Assembly: GCA_963779625.1 (NCBI GenBank)
Contig: CAVZYU010000005.1
Location: 564,373-628,372, forward strand
Direction: 5' to 3'
Length of the DNA stretch: 64,000 nt
Source: an uncultured Actinomycetes bacterium
GTDB taxonomy: Bacteria; Actinomycetota; Thermoleophilia; Solirubrobacterales; Solirubrobacteraceae
The position numbers and the translations under genes were made by a program. The notes under the pieces are model-generated. The model did not search any database. It was not told the origin of the DNA and saw nothing but the letters and a program-made list of their open reading frames with translations. Within the stretch, counting starts at the first letter, position 1, and each line of letters opens with the position of its first letter. Below, in pieces: positions 30,771 through 39,163 of this stretch.

Positions 30771-32297
30771 TCAGGAGAGCGCGCCGGTGGCGCTGCCACG
30801 CTCGCGCCGGCCCACCTCGCGCAGCGCGAGCGCGAGCCGCCGGATCGCCTCGTCGTGCTGCGCGGGCTCGACGAGCCCGAAGGACAGGCGCATGCTCGTG
30901 CGCGTCGACTTCTCGGCCTGCAGCGCGCCGCCGGGCAGGAACGTCACGCCCGCCCGCAGCGCCTCGGCGTAGAGCCGGCGCTCGTCGATCGCGTCGTGCA
31001 GCGTGAGCCAGATGTGATGGCCGCCGGCCGGCACGGTCCAGCTCGCCGCGTGGCCGAGGTGGCGCTGCAGCGCGCGCAGCAGCGCGTCGCGGCGACGGCG
31101 GTAGACCGGCAGCGCCTGCGCGAGCATGCGCTCGTGGCGGTCGCCGCGCAGGTAGCGCTCGCCGAGGTGCTGGGGCAGCGCGGCCGTGTGGATGTCGCTG
31201 TCCATCTTCAGCTGCACGATGCGATCGAACACCGGCCCCGTGGCGGCGAGCCAGCCGACGCGCAGTCCGCCGCCGATCGTCTTGGACAGCGAGTCGACGT
31301 AGATGACGTGCGACGGCGCGTCGGCGCGCAGCCGGGGCAGCGGCGTGCCCTCGTAGCGCATCGTGGCGTAGACGCCGTCCTCGAGCACGAAGAAGCCGCG
31401 CGTCCGCGCGAGCTCGATGAGGCGCGCGCGCCGGGCGGGGGAGAGGTCGGCGCCGGTGGGATTCTGGCAGGACGGCTGCACCGCGACGAGCTTGATCTCG
31501 TGGCGGGCGAGGATGCGCTCGAGGGCGTCGACGTCGGGGCCGTCGGCGTCGACGGGCAGCGAGAGCACGCGCGCCCCGGTGGCCTGCAGCGAGGCCAGGC
31601 AGCCGGCGAACGTCGGCGACTCGACGACGGCGACATCGCCCGGGCCGAGCAGCGCGCGGGCGGCGAGGTCGATGCCCTGGCGCGCGCCGGAGGTCACGAG
31701 GATCTCGGCGGCGCTCGTCGCGTAGCCGGCCTCGCGGCCGAGCTCGGCGAGGCGCTCGCGCAGCGGCCGCAGGCCCTCGACCTCGAGGTAGCCCGTCACC
31801 GCGCGGGGCTCGTCGCGAGCGATCTGCGCAGCGATCTCGGCGAGCTCGGCCGAGGGGCACAGCGCGGGATCGGGAAAGCCGGAGGCGAGCGCGATCGCGT
31901 CGCTCGTGTGGGGCGCGTGCAGCGAGTCGCGCAGCATGTCGTCGGCGTAGGAGAGCGGGCGCGGGGCGAGCATCCCGTGCTGCCACTCGTCGCTGTCGCG
32001 CGCGCTCGGCAGCGTCGTGGCGCCGGCCGGCGGCGGCACCGAGCGACGCACGAACGTGCCCCGGCCGACGGCGGCGGTGACGTAGCCGAGCTCGGCGAGG
32101 CGGCGGTAGACGCGCACCGCGGTCAGGTGGTTGATGCCGGCGTCGGCGGCGAGCGCGCGCGTGGCGGGCAGGCGGGCGCCGGGCTCGAGCTCGCCGCTGT
32201 CGACGAGCGCGGCGATGCGGGCGACGAGCTGCTGCGTGAGCGAGATCTCGCCGCCGCGCTCGAGGTCCAACACGTTCAACTTGTGGGACATTGACAT
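30771..32297 (-). CDS. MocR/GabR-type regulator (GntR wHTH fused to a PLP fold-type-I aminotransferase-like domain)
   Basis: N-terminal LPATRALAADAGINHLTAVRVYRRLAELGYV and an aminotransferase-like body (SLSKTIGGGLRVGWL). Alternative starts at 32291 and 32324. Confidence 0.85.
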   Translation of the reverse strand: MSMSHKLNVLDLERGGEISLTQQLVARIAALVDSGELEPGARLPATRALAADAGINHLTAVRVYRRLAELGYVTAAVGRGTFVRRSVPPPAGATTLPSARDSDEWQHGMLAPRPLSYADDMLRDSLHAPHTSDAIALASGFPDPALCPSAELAEIAAQIARDEPRAVTGYLEVEGLRPLRERLAELGREAGYATSAAEILVTSGARQGIDLAARALLGPGDVAVVESPTFAGCLASLQATGARVLSLPVDADGPDVDALERILARHEIKLVAVQPSCQNPTGADLSPARRARLIELARTRGFFVLEDGVYATMRYEGTPLPRLRADAPSHVIYVDSLSKTIGGGLRVGWLAATGPVFDRIVQLKMDSDIHTAALPQHLGERYLRGDRHERMLAQALPVYRRRRDALLRALQRHLGHAASWTVPAGGHHIWLTLHDAIDERRLYAEALRAGVTFLPGGALQAEKSTRTSMRLSFGLVEPAQHDEAIRRLALALREVGRRERGSATGALS

Positions 32298-32357
32298 ACC
32301 CGTGGGTGATCGTACAGTGGTCATACACACAAGGTCAACAGGGAATCGGGATCGCAC

Positions 32358-32714
32358 ATGTGGAAGACAATCGAAAAGGTGTTCGAGCGGCTGGACCCGG
32401 TGACCGACACGGTCGCACTGCGCGACGTCGTCGTCATCCGCCCGGCGCACGAGAACGAGCTGGCCGAGCTGCACGACCTCGCCGAGCTCGACTCCGCCGC
32501 CCCGCTGACCGGGCCCGTGCTCGTCGCGGCCGTCCAGGGCGCGCTGTGGGCCGCGCTCGCGCTCGACGACGGCCGCGTGATCGCCGATCCGTTCCGCCCG
32601 ACCGCCGGCGCCGTCGAGCTGCTGCGCGTGCGCGTGGCCCAGCTGCGCGCCGCGGAGGGCGCGGGCAGGCGGGCGGGGTGGGCGCCGCGGCGGGCGCGCC
32701 GCGCGCGGGCGTAG
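32358..32714 (+). CDS. Hypothetical protein (118 aa), divergent from the MocR gene
   Basis: ATG-initiated ORF with coding-like composition and an Arg-rich C-terminus. No family recognised. Confidence 0.5.
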   Translation: MWKTIEKVFERLDPVTDTVALRDVVVIRPAHENELAELHDLAELDSAAPLTGPVLVAAVQGALWAALALDDGRVIADPFRPTAGAVELLRVRVAQLRAAEGAGRRAGWAPRRARRARA

Positions 32715-32757
32715 GAGCGCGGCACGCCAACGCCGTCTCGTCCGTCACGATGGACGC

Positions 32758-33891
32758 GTGGAGCCTCCGCGCGCAGCCGCCGGCCAGCAGTACTCGATCG
32801 CCGCGCTCGACCTGCTCAGCGACGTCCTCGCCCGCATCGACGACGACCTCGGCTCAGCGGAGTTCTACTCGCGGCTGGCCGAGGCCGTGTGCCGCATCGC
32901 GCAGATGCAGCGCGCCGTGATCTTCAGCTACGACGACGCGCGCCGGCGCGTGCACGCCGCGGGCTCGCACGGCGTCGGGCTGGACCGCTTCACGGACGCG
33001 GAGATCACGGTCGAGTCGGCGCCGGTCGCGCGCGAGGCGCTCGAGACCGATCGCGTCATCGAGGTCCTGCCCGGCAGCGGCCCGCACGCGATCTCCGCGG
33101 AGTTCGCCGAGCTCGTCGGCGAGCATCCGATCGTCTACGTCCCGATCGTCGCCGCCGGGCGCTGGATGGGCGTCATCCTCGCCGAGCCCGAGCCCGGATC
33201 CTCGCCGCTGGACGAGCAGCGCAGCGACCTGCTGTGGATGCTCGGCAAGACGCTCGGGCTGGCGTCGGCGTCACGGATCGCCACGGCCCAGGGCGAGCGC
33301 GCGCGCGAGTTCGAGGAGCGCATCGACTTCACCCGCAGCATCCACGAGGGCGTCGTGCAGCGGCTCTTCGGGGTGTCGCTCGTGCTCTCCTCCGAGCAGC
33401 CGCTCAGCGGCGAGGCGCGCGCCCGCTGCGCGCAGGAGGTCGGCGCCGCGCTCGGCGAGCTGCGCTCCGCGCTGCAGCGCCCGCTCGGGCGCTCGTCGCC
33501 GCCGACGAACACGACGCTCGCCGCCGAGCTCGACCGCCTGCGCGGCGAGCACCCGGACCTCGGGATCACGCTGGAGGGCCCGCTCGCCGAGGTCCCACCC
33601 GCGCTCGAGGCGCTGAGCCAGTCCGTGCTCACCGAGGCCGTGCGCAACGCCCGCAAGCACGCCGACCCGCGGCGGCTGATCGTGCGCACCCGCACAGACG
33701 ACGACACGCTCGTGCTCGAGATCGAGAACGACGGCGTGCGCGACGAGCGCATCGCGAGCACCGGCGTCGGGCTGCGCCTCGCGGCGCTCGAGGCGCTGCA
33801 GTCCGGCGGCCTCGTCGAGTTCGGCGGGCGCTCGCCGGGGACCTGGCAGGTGCGACTCGTCGTCCCGCTCGCGCAGAACGGCGGCGGATGA
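32758..33891 (+). CDS. Cytoplasmic GAF-domain sensor histidine kinase (HisKA_3 / NarL-partner type)
   Basis: GAF-like N-half, H-box RSIHEGVVQRLFGVSL, ATPase motifs LTEAVRNARKHA and GVGLRLAALE. No TM segments. Confidence 0.85.
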   Translation: MEPPRAAAGQQYSIAALDLLSDVLARIDDDLGSAEFYSRLAEAVCRIAQMQRAVIFSYDDARRRVHAAGSHGVGLDRFTDAEITVESAPVAREALETDRVIEVLPGSGPHAISAEFAELVGEHPIVYVPIVAAGRWMGVILAEPEPGSSPLDEQRSDLLWMLGKTLGLASASRIATAQGERAREFEERIDFTRSIHEGVVQRLFGVSLVLSSEQPLSGEARARCAQEVGAALGELRSALQRPLGRSSPPTNTTLAAELDRLRGEHPDLGITLEGPLAEVPPALEALSQSVLTEAVRNARKHADPRRLIVRTRTDDDTLVLEIENDGVRDERIASTGVGLRLAALEALQSGGLVEFGGRSPGTWQVRLVVPLAQNGGG

Positions 33892-34502
33892 GCGAGGGCG
33901 GCCCGGACAGGCTGCGCGTTCTCGTGGTCGACGACCACGACGTCGTGCACTGGGGATTTCGCCTCATGCTCGGCGAGCTCGACTGGGTCGAGCGCTGCCT
34001 GTCGGCGCGCACCGGCGACGAGGCGCTGGACCTCACGCGCCGCTATGCGCCCGACGTCGCGCTCGTCGACCTCTTCCTCGGCGAGGAGTCGGGCCCCGAG
34101 GTCTGCGAGCGGCTGCTGACCGAGCGCCCCGAGCTGCGCGTCCTGCTGATCTCCGGGGCCGGCCGGATCTCTCCCGCGACGGCGCGCGCCTGCGGCGCGA
34201 GCGGCTTCGTCCCGAAGGACTGGCCGGCGGCCGACGTCGCCCGCGCTGTGCGCATGGTCGCGCTCGGGATGGCGCTCTTCGAGCCGCCGCCGGCCGAGGG
34301 CGCGGGCGTGCTGCTGTCGGCGCGCGAGCAGGAGGTGCTCCGGCACGTCGCGGGCGGTGCGACGAACCGCGAGATCGCCGTCGCGCTGCACCTCTCGCCG
34401 CATACCGTCAAGGAGCACACGAGCGCGCTGTATCGCAAGCTCGACGTCCGCAACCGCGCCGAGGCGGTCCAGCGCGCGCAGCGGCTGGGCCTGCTGAGCT
34501 GA
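33888..34502 (+). CDS. NarL/LuxR-family response regulator
   Basis: VLVVDDHDVV receiver and C-terminal LSAREQEVLRHVAGGATNREIAVALHLSPHTVKEHTSALYRKL HTH. The ATG overlaps the kinase TGA stop (ATGA). Confidence 0.92.
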   Translation: MSEGGPDRLRVLVVDDHDVVHWGFRLMLGELDWVERCLSARTGDEALDLTRRYAPDVALVDLFLGEESGPEVCERLLTERPELRVLLISGAGRISPATARACGASGFVPKDWPAADVARAVRMVALGMALFEPPPAEGAGVLLSAREQEVLRHVAGGATNREIAVALHLSPHTVKEHTSALYRKLDVRNRAEAVQRAQRLGLLS

Positions 34503-34591
34503 GCGCCGCCGTTTCGCCCCGTCCTGCCGTTGAGCCTGTCGCAGCGCCGCCGCGCGCGCTGCGGGAGCGCCCGCGCGGGTACGGTCGCTGG

Positions 34592-36061
34592 ATGCTCAAG
34601 CGCACAACACGCAGAGCCCGGCTGCTGGCCTGGCTGGGGACCGGCGACCGCCGCAGCTTCGACTTCGTCTCGCGGACGCGGGTGCCGCTCGCTGATCCGC
34701 TGTTGCCGCGGCTGAGCCGGCTGGCCGACCATTCCCTGCTGTGGGCGCTGATCGCGGGCGTGCTCGCGCGCGCCGGCGGCCGCCGCGGTCGCCGCGCCGC
34801 CCTGCGGGGGGTCGGCTGCATCGCCGCGGCATCGGCGATCACCAACCAGCCGGCGAAGCGGCTGTTTGCGCGCGCGCGCCCGTCGCTCGATCACGTGCCC
34901 GAGGTGCGGCGCAGGCGCCGGGCCCTGTCGTCGGCGTCGTTTCCGTCGGGGCACTCGGCATCGGCCGCCGCCTTCGCGCTCGGGGCGGGGGCGGAGCTGC
35001 CGCTGCCGGCGCGCGTCCCGCTCGCGGCGCTGGCGGGCGCGGTCGGGGTCTCGCGCGTCTACGTCGGAGCGCACTACCCGGGCGACGTGCTCGCGGGGGC
35101 CGCGATCGGCGCGGCGGTCGCCGGAGCGTCGCTGCGGATCTGGCCGCTGCCCGAGGTCGCCGCCGGCGAGGGCCCGCCCGAGCGCACCCCTGTGGCGGCG
35201 CCGGCCCGCCCCGACGGCGAGGGGCTCGCGCTCGTCGTCAACCCCGACGCCGGCTCGTCGCTCAGCCCGGAATCGCTCCGCAGCCGTCTGCCGGCGGCGC
35301 AGATCATCACCTGCGGCGAGGGCCAGGACCTCTGCGAGCTGCTGCGCGAGGCCGCGGTGGGCGCCGGCGTGCTCGGCGTCGGCGGCGGCGACGGCTCGGC
35401 GAGCGCCGCGGTCGGGGTGGCGCTGGAGTGCGGGCTGCCGCTGCTGGTGCTTCCGGGTGGAACGCTGAACCACCTCTGCCGCGATCTCGGCCTGGAGACC
35501 GTCGACGACGCGCTCGAAGCGCTCGCCGAGGGCCGCGCGATCAGCGTCGACGTCGGCCAGCTCGACGGAGCGCCCTTCATCAACACCGCGAGCCTCGGCT
35601 CCTACCCGGAGTTCGTCGCCATGCGCGAGTCCCTCGAGGGACACATCGGCAAGCTCGCGGCGACGTGCGTCGCCGGCCTGCGAACGATGATCCGCGCGGA
35701 GCCGACGGTGCTGGAGATCGACGGGCGGGCGATGCGCGCCTGGCTGATCTTCATCGGCAACTGCGCATACCTCCCCGACGGTCCCGCGCCGAGCGTGCGC
35801 CGGCGCCTCGACGACGGGCTGCTGGACATCCGGCTGCTCGACGGCGGGCGGCCGTTCTCGCGGCTGCGGCTGCTGGCGGCGGTCGCGATCGGGCGCGCCG
35901 CGGGATCGCCCGGCCTGCGCTGCTGGCACGCCGAGAGCCTGCGGGTGCGCTCGCTGGACGGATCCCTGCGCACGGCGCGCGACGGCGAGGTTTCCGACGA
36001 GGAGCGCAGCGGGTTCGTGATCTCCAAGCGTCGCGGCGCGCTCGTGCTCTACGCCGGCTGA
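34592..36061 (+). CDS. PAP2 phosphatase / diacylglycerol-kinase-catalytic-domain fusion protein
   Basis: PAP2 motifs KRLFARARP, PSGHS and SRVYVGAHYPGD, followed by DAGK_cat motifs LVVNPDAGS, GVGGGDGS and PGGTLNHL. Confidence 0.85.
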   Translation: MLKRTTRRARLLAWLGTGDRRSFDFVSRTRVPLADPLLPRLSRLADHSLLWALIAGVLARAGGRRGRRAALRGVGCIAAASAITNQPAKRLFARARPSLDHVPEVRRRRRALSSASFPSGHSASAAAFALGAGAELPLPARVPLAALAGAVGVSRVYVGAHYPGDVLAGAAIGAAVAGASLRIWPLPEVAAGEGPPERTPVAAPARPDGEGLALVVNPDAGSSLSPESLRSRLPAAQIITCGEGQDLCELLREAAVGAGVLGVGGGDGSASAAVGVALECGLPLLVLPGGTLNHLCRDLGLETVDDALEALAEGRAISVDVGQLDGAPFINTASLGSYPEFVAMRESLEGHIGKLAATCVAGLRTMIRAEPTVLEIDGRAMRAWLIFIGNCAYLPDGPAPSVRRRLDDGLLDIRLLDGGRPFSRLRLLAAVAIGRAAGSPGLRCWHAESLRVRSLDGSLRTARDGEVSDEERSGFVISKRRGALVLYAG

Positions 36062-36194
36062 CCGGCGGCGAGCGGGGCGCGCCCGGTGGGCCGGGGGCCC
36101 TGGCCATCTCGTCCACCCCCCATCACGGGCCTCTCATCCCCCCGGTCGGGGGGGATGCGTTCCGCTGGGCACCGCCCGCCGCCACGGTAGTCGT

Positions 36195-37076
36195 GTGCTC
36201 TCCACCTCTCCGACCGCGGTCCTCTTCCCGGGCCAGGGCAGCCAGACCCCGGACATGCGCGACGTCGTCGCGGACGTCCGGCCCGACCTGCTGCGGGCCG
36301 TCATCGACCTCGTCGGCGAGGATCCGTTCGCGCTCGTCGATGCGTCCACGCGCTACGCGCAGCCGGCGATCTTCTGCGCCTCGCTCGCCGGCTGGACGCA
36401 GGTCCGCGACCGCGTCGACCCGCTCGCGCTCGCAGGCCATTCGCTCGGCGAGCTCACCGCGCTCGCCGCCGGCGGCGCGATCGACGAGTTCGACGCGCTG
36501 GCGCTCGTCGTCCTGCGCGGCCTGCTCATGGACGTCGCGGGCGCCGCGAGCGGCGGCGGCACGATGCTCGCCGTCCTCGGCGCGACGCCGGCCCAGGCGG
36601 GCGCGCTCGCGTCGCGCCACCGCGTCAGCCTGGCCAACGACAACGCCCCCGGCCAGGTCGTCCTCTCCGGCGCGCCCGACAAGTTGAAGGCCGCTCGCGA
36701 CGACGCCCGCGGCAGCGGCCTGCGTGCCGTCGCGCTCGACGTCACCGGCGCCTTCCACTCCCCCCAGATGCAGCGCGCGGTGGTCCCGTTCCGGGAGGCG
36801 CTCGCCGAGATCGACGTCCGGCCCCCGGACATCCCGGTCATCTCCTGCGCGACCGCCGCGCCGTTCGCCGACCCGCGCGAAGAGCTTGCCGGCGCACTCG
36901 TCTCCCCGGTGCGCTGGCGAGAGACGATGGTCGCACTCGGCGCGGCCGGCGCCAACACGTTCGTCGACGTCGGCCCGGGCGCGGTGCTCGCCAAGCTCGC
37001 GCCGCGCTGCCTGCCGGGCGCGGCCGCGTCATCGCGCGACGTCCTGCTGGCCGCGCCTCAGCCCCTACACGCCTAG
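36195..37076 (+). CDS. fabD: Malonyl-CoA:ACP transacylase
   Basis: FPGQGSQ, GHSLGE nucleophile elbow, and the VALDVTGAFHSPQM motif. Confidence 0.9.
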   Translation: MLSTSPTAVLFPGQGSQTPDMRDVVADVRPDLLRAVIDLVGEDPFALVDASTRYAQPAIFCASLAGWTQVRDRVDPLALAGHSLGELTALAAGGAIDEFDALALVVLRGLLMDVAGAASGGGTMLAVLGATPAQAGALASRHRVSLANDNAPGQVVLSGAPDKLKAARDDARGSGLRAVALDVTGAFHSPQMQRAVVPFREALAEIDVRPPDIPVISCATAAPFADPREELAGALVSPVRWRETMVALGAAGANTFVDVGPGAVLAKLAPRCLPGAAASSRDVLLAAPQPLHA

Positions 37077-37102
37077 ACCCCGAGAAGAACGGACCCCTGC
37101 AC

Positions 37103-37351
37103 ATGGCCACCACAGCCACACCGCAGTCCATCGAAGAGACCGTCATCGAGTCGCTCGTGACCTTCGGCGCCGACGCCGACGCAATCAACCGCGACGCGAC
37201 GCTCGAGGCGATCGACATCGACTCGCTCGACCTCGTCGAGCTGACCCAGGTCGTCGAGGAGACGTACGCCATCAACCTCGAGGGCGCGGACTTCAAGAGC
37301 ATCAAGACCGTCGGCGACGTCGTCGACCTCGTCGTCGCGAAGGTCGGGTAG
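37103..37351 (+). CDS. acpP: Acyl carrier protein
   Basis: 82 aa, with the phosphopantetheine site IDIDSLDLVEL. Confidence 0.9.
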   Translation: MATTATPQSIEETVIESLVTFGADADAINRDATLEAIDIDSLDLVELTQVVEETYAINLEGADFKSIKTVGDVVDLVVAKVG

Positions 37352-37356
37352 AGCTC

Positions 37357-38553
37357 TTGCGCGACGTCGTCATCACCGGAGTCGGAGCCGTCACGCCCCT
37401 CGGCGATGGCGCTCGTGGTCTGCACGAGCGCTGGGCCGCCGGCGAGACCGCGTTCCGCGACGGGGAGGCGCCGTGCGCGGACTTCGACGTCACGGATTTC
37501 ATGACGCCGAAGCAGGCGCGCCGCGCCGACCGTGCGACACAACTGGCCGTCGCCGCCGGCGACGAGGCGATCGCGGACGCCGGCTGGGCCGACGGCCTGC
37601 CCTACGACCCCGAGCTGATCGGCTGCGTGCTGGGCACCGGCATCGGCGGGATCTCGACGATCGAGGGCAACCAGGACTCGCTGCGCGACAAGGGGCCCGG
37701 CTCGGTCTCCCCGCTCGCGATCCCGCTCATGATGGGCAACGCGGGCTCCGCCGCGATCTCGCTGCGCCACGACCTGCGCGGCCCCGTCTTCAGCGTCGTG
37801 TCGGCGTGCGCCGCCGGCAGCCACGCGATCGGCACGGCCCTGCGGATGATCCAGCACGGCGAGGCCACGGCCGTCGTCACCGGCGGCGCCGAGGCGCCGC
37901 TCACCCCGCTCTCGCGGGCCTGCTTCGCGCGGATGAACGCCCTGTCGCCGACCGGCGTCTCGCGCCCGTTCGACGCGCGCCGCGACGGCTTCGTCATGGG
38001 CGAGGGCGCCGGCGTGCTCGTGCTCGAGGACGGCGACGCGGCACGCGCCCGCGGCGCCCGCATCCTCGGGACGCTGCGCGGCTACGGCGCCAGCGGCGAC
38101 GCGCACCACATCACGGCCCCGCATGCCGAGGGCCGCGGTGGCGCCCGTGCCATGACCGTCGCGATCAACGACGCCGGCCTGACCGCCGCCGACATCGACT
38201 ACGTCAACGCGCACGGCACGTCGACGCAGCTCAACGACCGCGCCGAGACCCGCGCGCTGAAGCACGCGCTCGGCGAGCGCGCGTCGCAGATCCCCGTCTC
38301 GTCGACGAAGTCGGCGATCGGCCATCTGCTCGGCGCGGCCGGCGCCGTCGAGGCGATCGCCACCGTGCTCGCGCTGCGCGACCGGATCGCCCCGCCGACG
38401 ATCGGCTGGGCCGAGGCCGACGAGGACATGGATCTCGACTACGTGCCGACCACCCGGCCGCTGGCGATGTCCGACGGCCGGCTGCCGGTCGCGATCTCCA
38501 ACAGCTTCGGCTTCGGCGGGCACAACGCGACGCTCTGCCTGCAGGCTGCATGA
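37357..38553 (+). CDS. fabF: Beta-ketoacyl-ACP synthase II-type (KAS I/II)
   Basis: VVITGVGAVTPLG, active site VVSACAAGSHAIG, NAHGTSTQLND and SNSFGFGGHNATL. The TTG start at 37357 is inferred. Confidence 0.88.
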   Translation: MRDVVITGVGAVTPLGDGARGLHERWAAGETAFRDGEAPCADFDVTDFMTPKQARRADRATQLAVAAGDEAIADAGWADGLPYDPELIGCVLGTGIGGISTIEGNQDSLRDKGPGSVSPLAIPLMMGNAGSAAISLRHDLRGPVFSVVSACAAGSHAIGTALRMIQHGEATAVVTGGAEAPLTPLSRACFARMNALSPTGVSRPFDARRDGFVMGEGAGVLVLEDGDAARARGARILGTLRGYGASGDAHHITAPHAEGRGGARAMTVAINDAGLTAADIDYVNAHGTSTQLNDRAETRALKHALGERASQIPVSSTKSAIGHLLGAAGAVEAIATVLALRDRIAPPTIGWAEADEDMDLDYVPTTRPLAMSDGRLPVAISNSFGFGGHNATLCLQAA

Positions 38554-39149
38554 CGTCCCTCGCACTCGTCGAGACGCCCCCGGCCGAAGAGCGCACGAGC
38601 CCGGGTGACGGCGTCGTCGGCGCGACCGGCAACGTCCGCGACCTCCTCGACTACCTGCCGCAGAACTCGAGCGAGCGCACCCCGCGCTGGCCCTCCGTCG
38701 TCACGGCCGACGCGCGCCTCGACGGCCATGCCGTGGGGATCGTCGCCAACCAGCCGCGCCACCTCGGCGGCGCGCTGAACGCCGACGCCGCCTCGAAGGC
38801 CGCGCGCTTCGTGAACGGCTGCGACGCATTCGGGCCGCCGCTCGTCGTCCTCGCCGACACGCCCGGCTTCCTGCCCGGCGCGGCGCAGGAGGCCGGCGGC
38901 GTCATCCGCCACGGCGCCAAGCTCGTCCACGCGTTCGCGGCGGCCTCGGTCCCGCGGATCACGGTCGTGCTGCGCAAGGCCTACGGCGGCGCGTTCATCG
39001 CGACGAACGGCCGCGACCTCGGCGCCGACCTGCTGCTCGCCTGGCCGCGGGCGCAGATGGGCGTGATGGGCGCCCGCCAGGCCGTCGATCCGCGCACGTT
39101 CTCCGACCCCGCCCGGCCGCTGCGGCCGGCGCGCAACATCCCGTTATGA
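38550..39149 (+). CDS. Stand-alone C-terminal half of an acyl-CoA carboxylase carboxyltransferase (AccD/PccB-like), 199 aa; truncated relative to canonical beta subunits
   Basis: GIVANQPRHLGGALNADAASKAARFVNGCDAFGPPLVVLADTPGFLPGAAQEAGGVIRHGAKLVHAF...VVLRKAYGGAF matches the second crotonase-fold subdomain only. ATGA overlaps at both ends leave no room for the missing half. Confidence 0.7.
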   Translation: MTSLALVETPPAEERTSPGDGVVGATGNVRDLLDYLPQNSSERTPRWPSVVTADARLDGHAVGIVANQPRHLGGALNADAASKAARFVNGCDAFGPPLVVLADTPGFLPGAAQEAGGVIRHGAKLVHAFAAASVPRITVVLRKAYGGAFIATNGRDLGADLLLAWPRAQMGVMGARQAVDPRTFSDPARPLRPARNIPL

Positions 39150-39163
39150 CGCATGGAGGCCAC

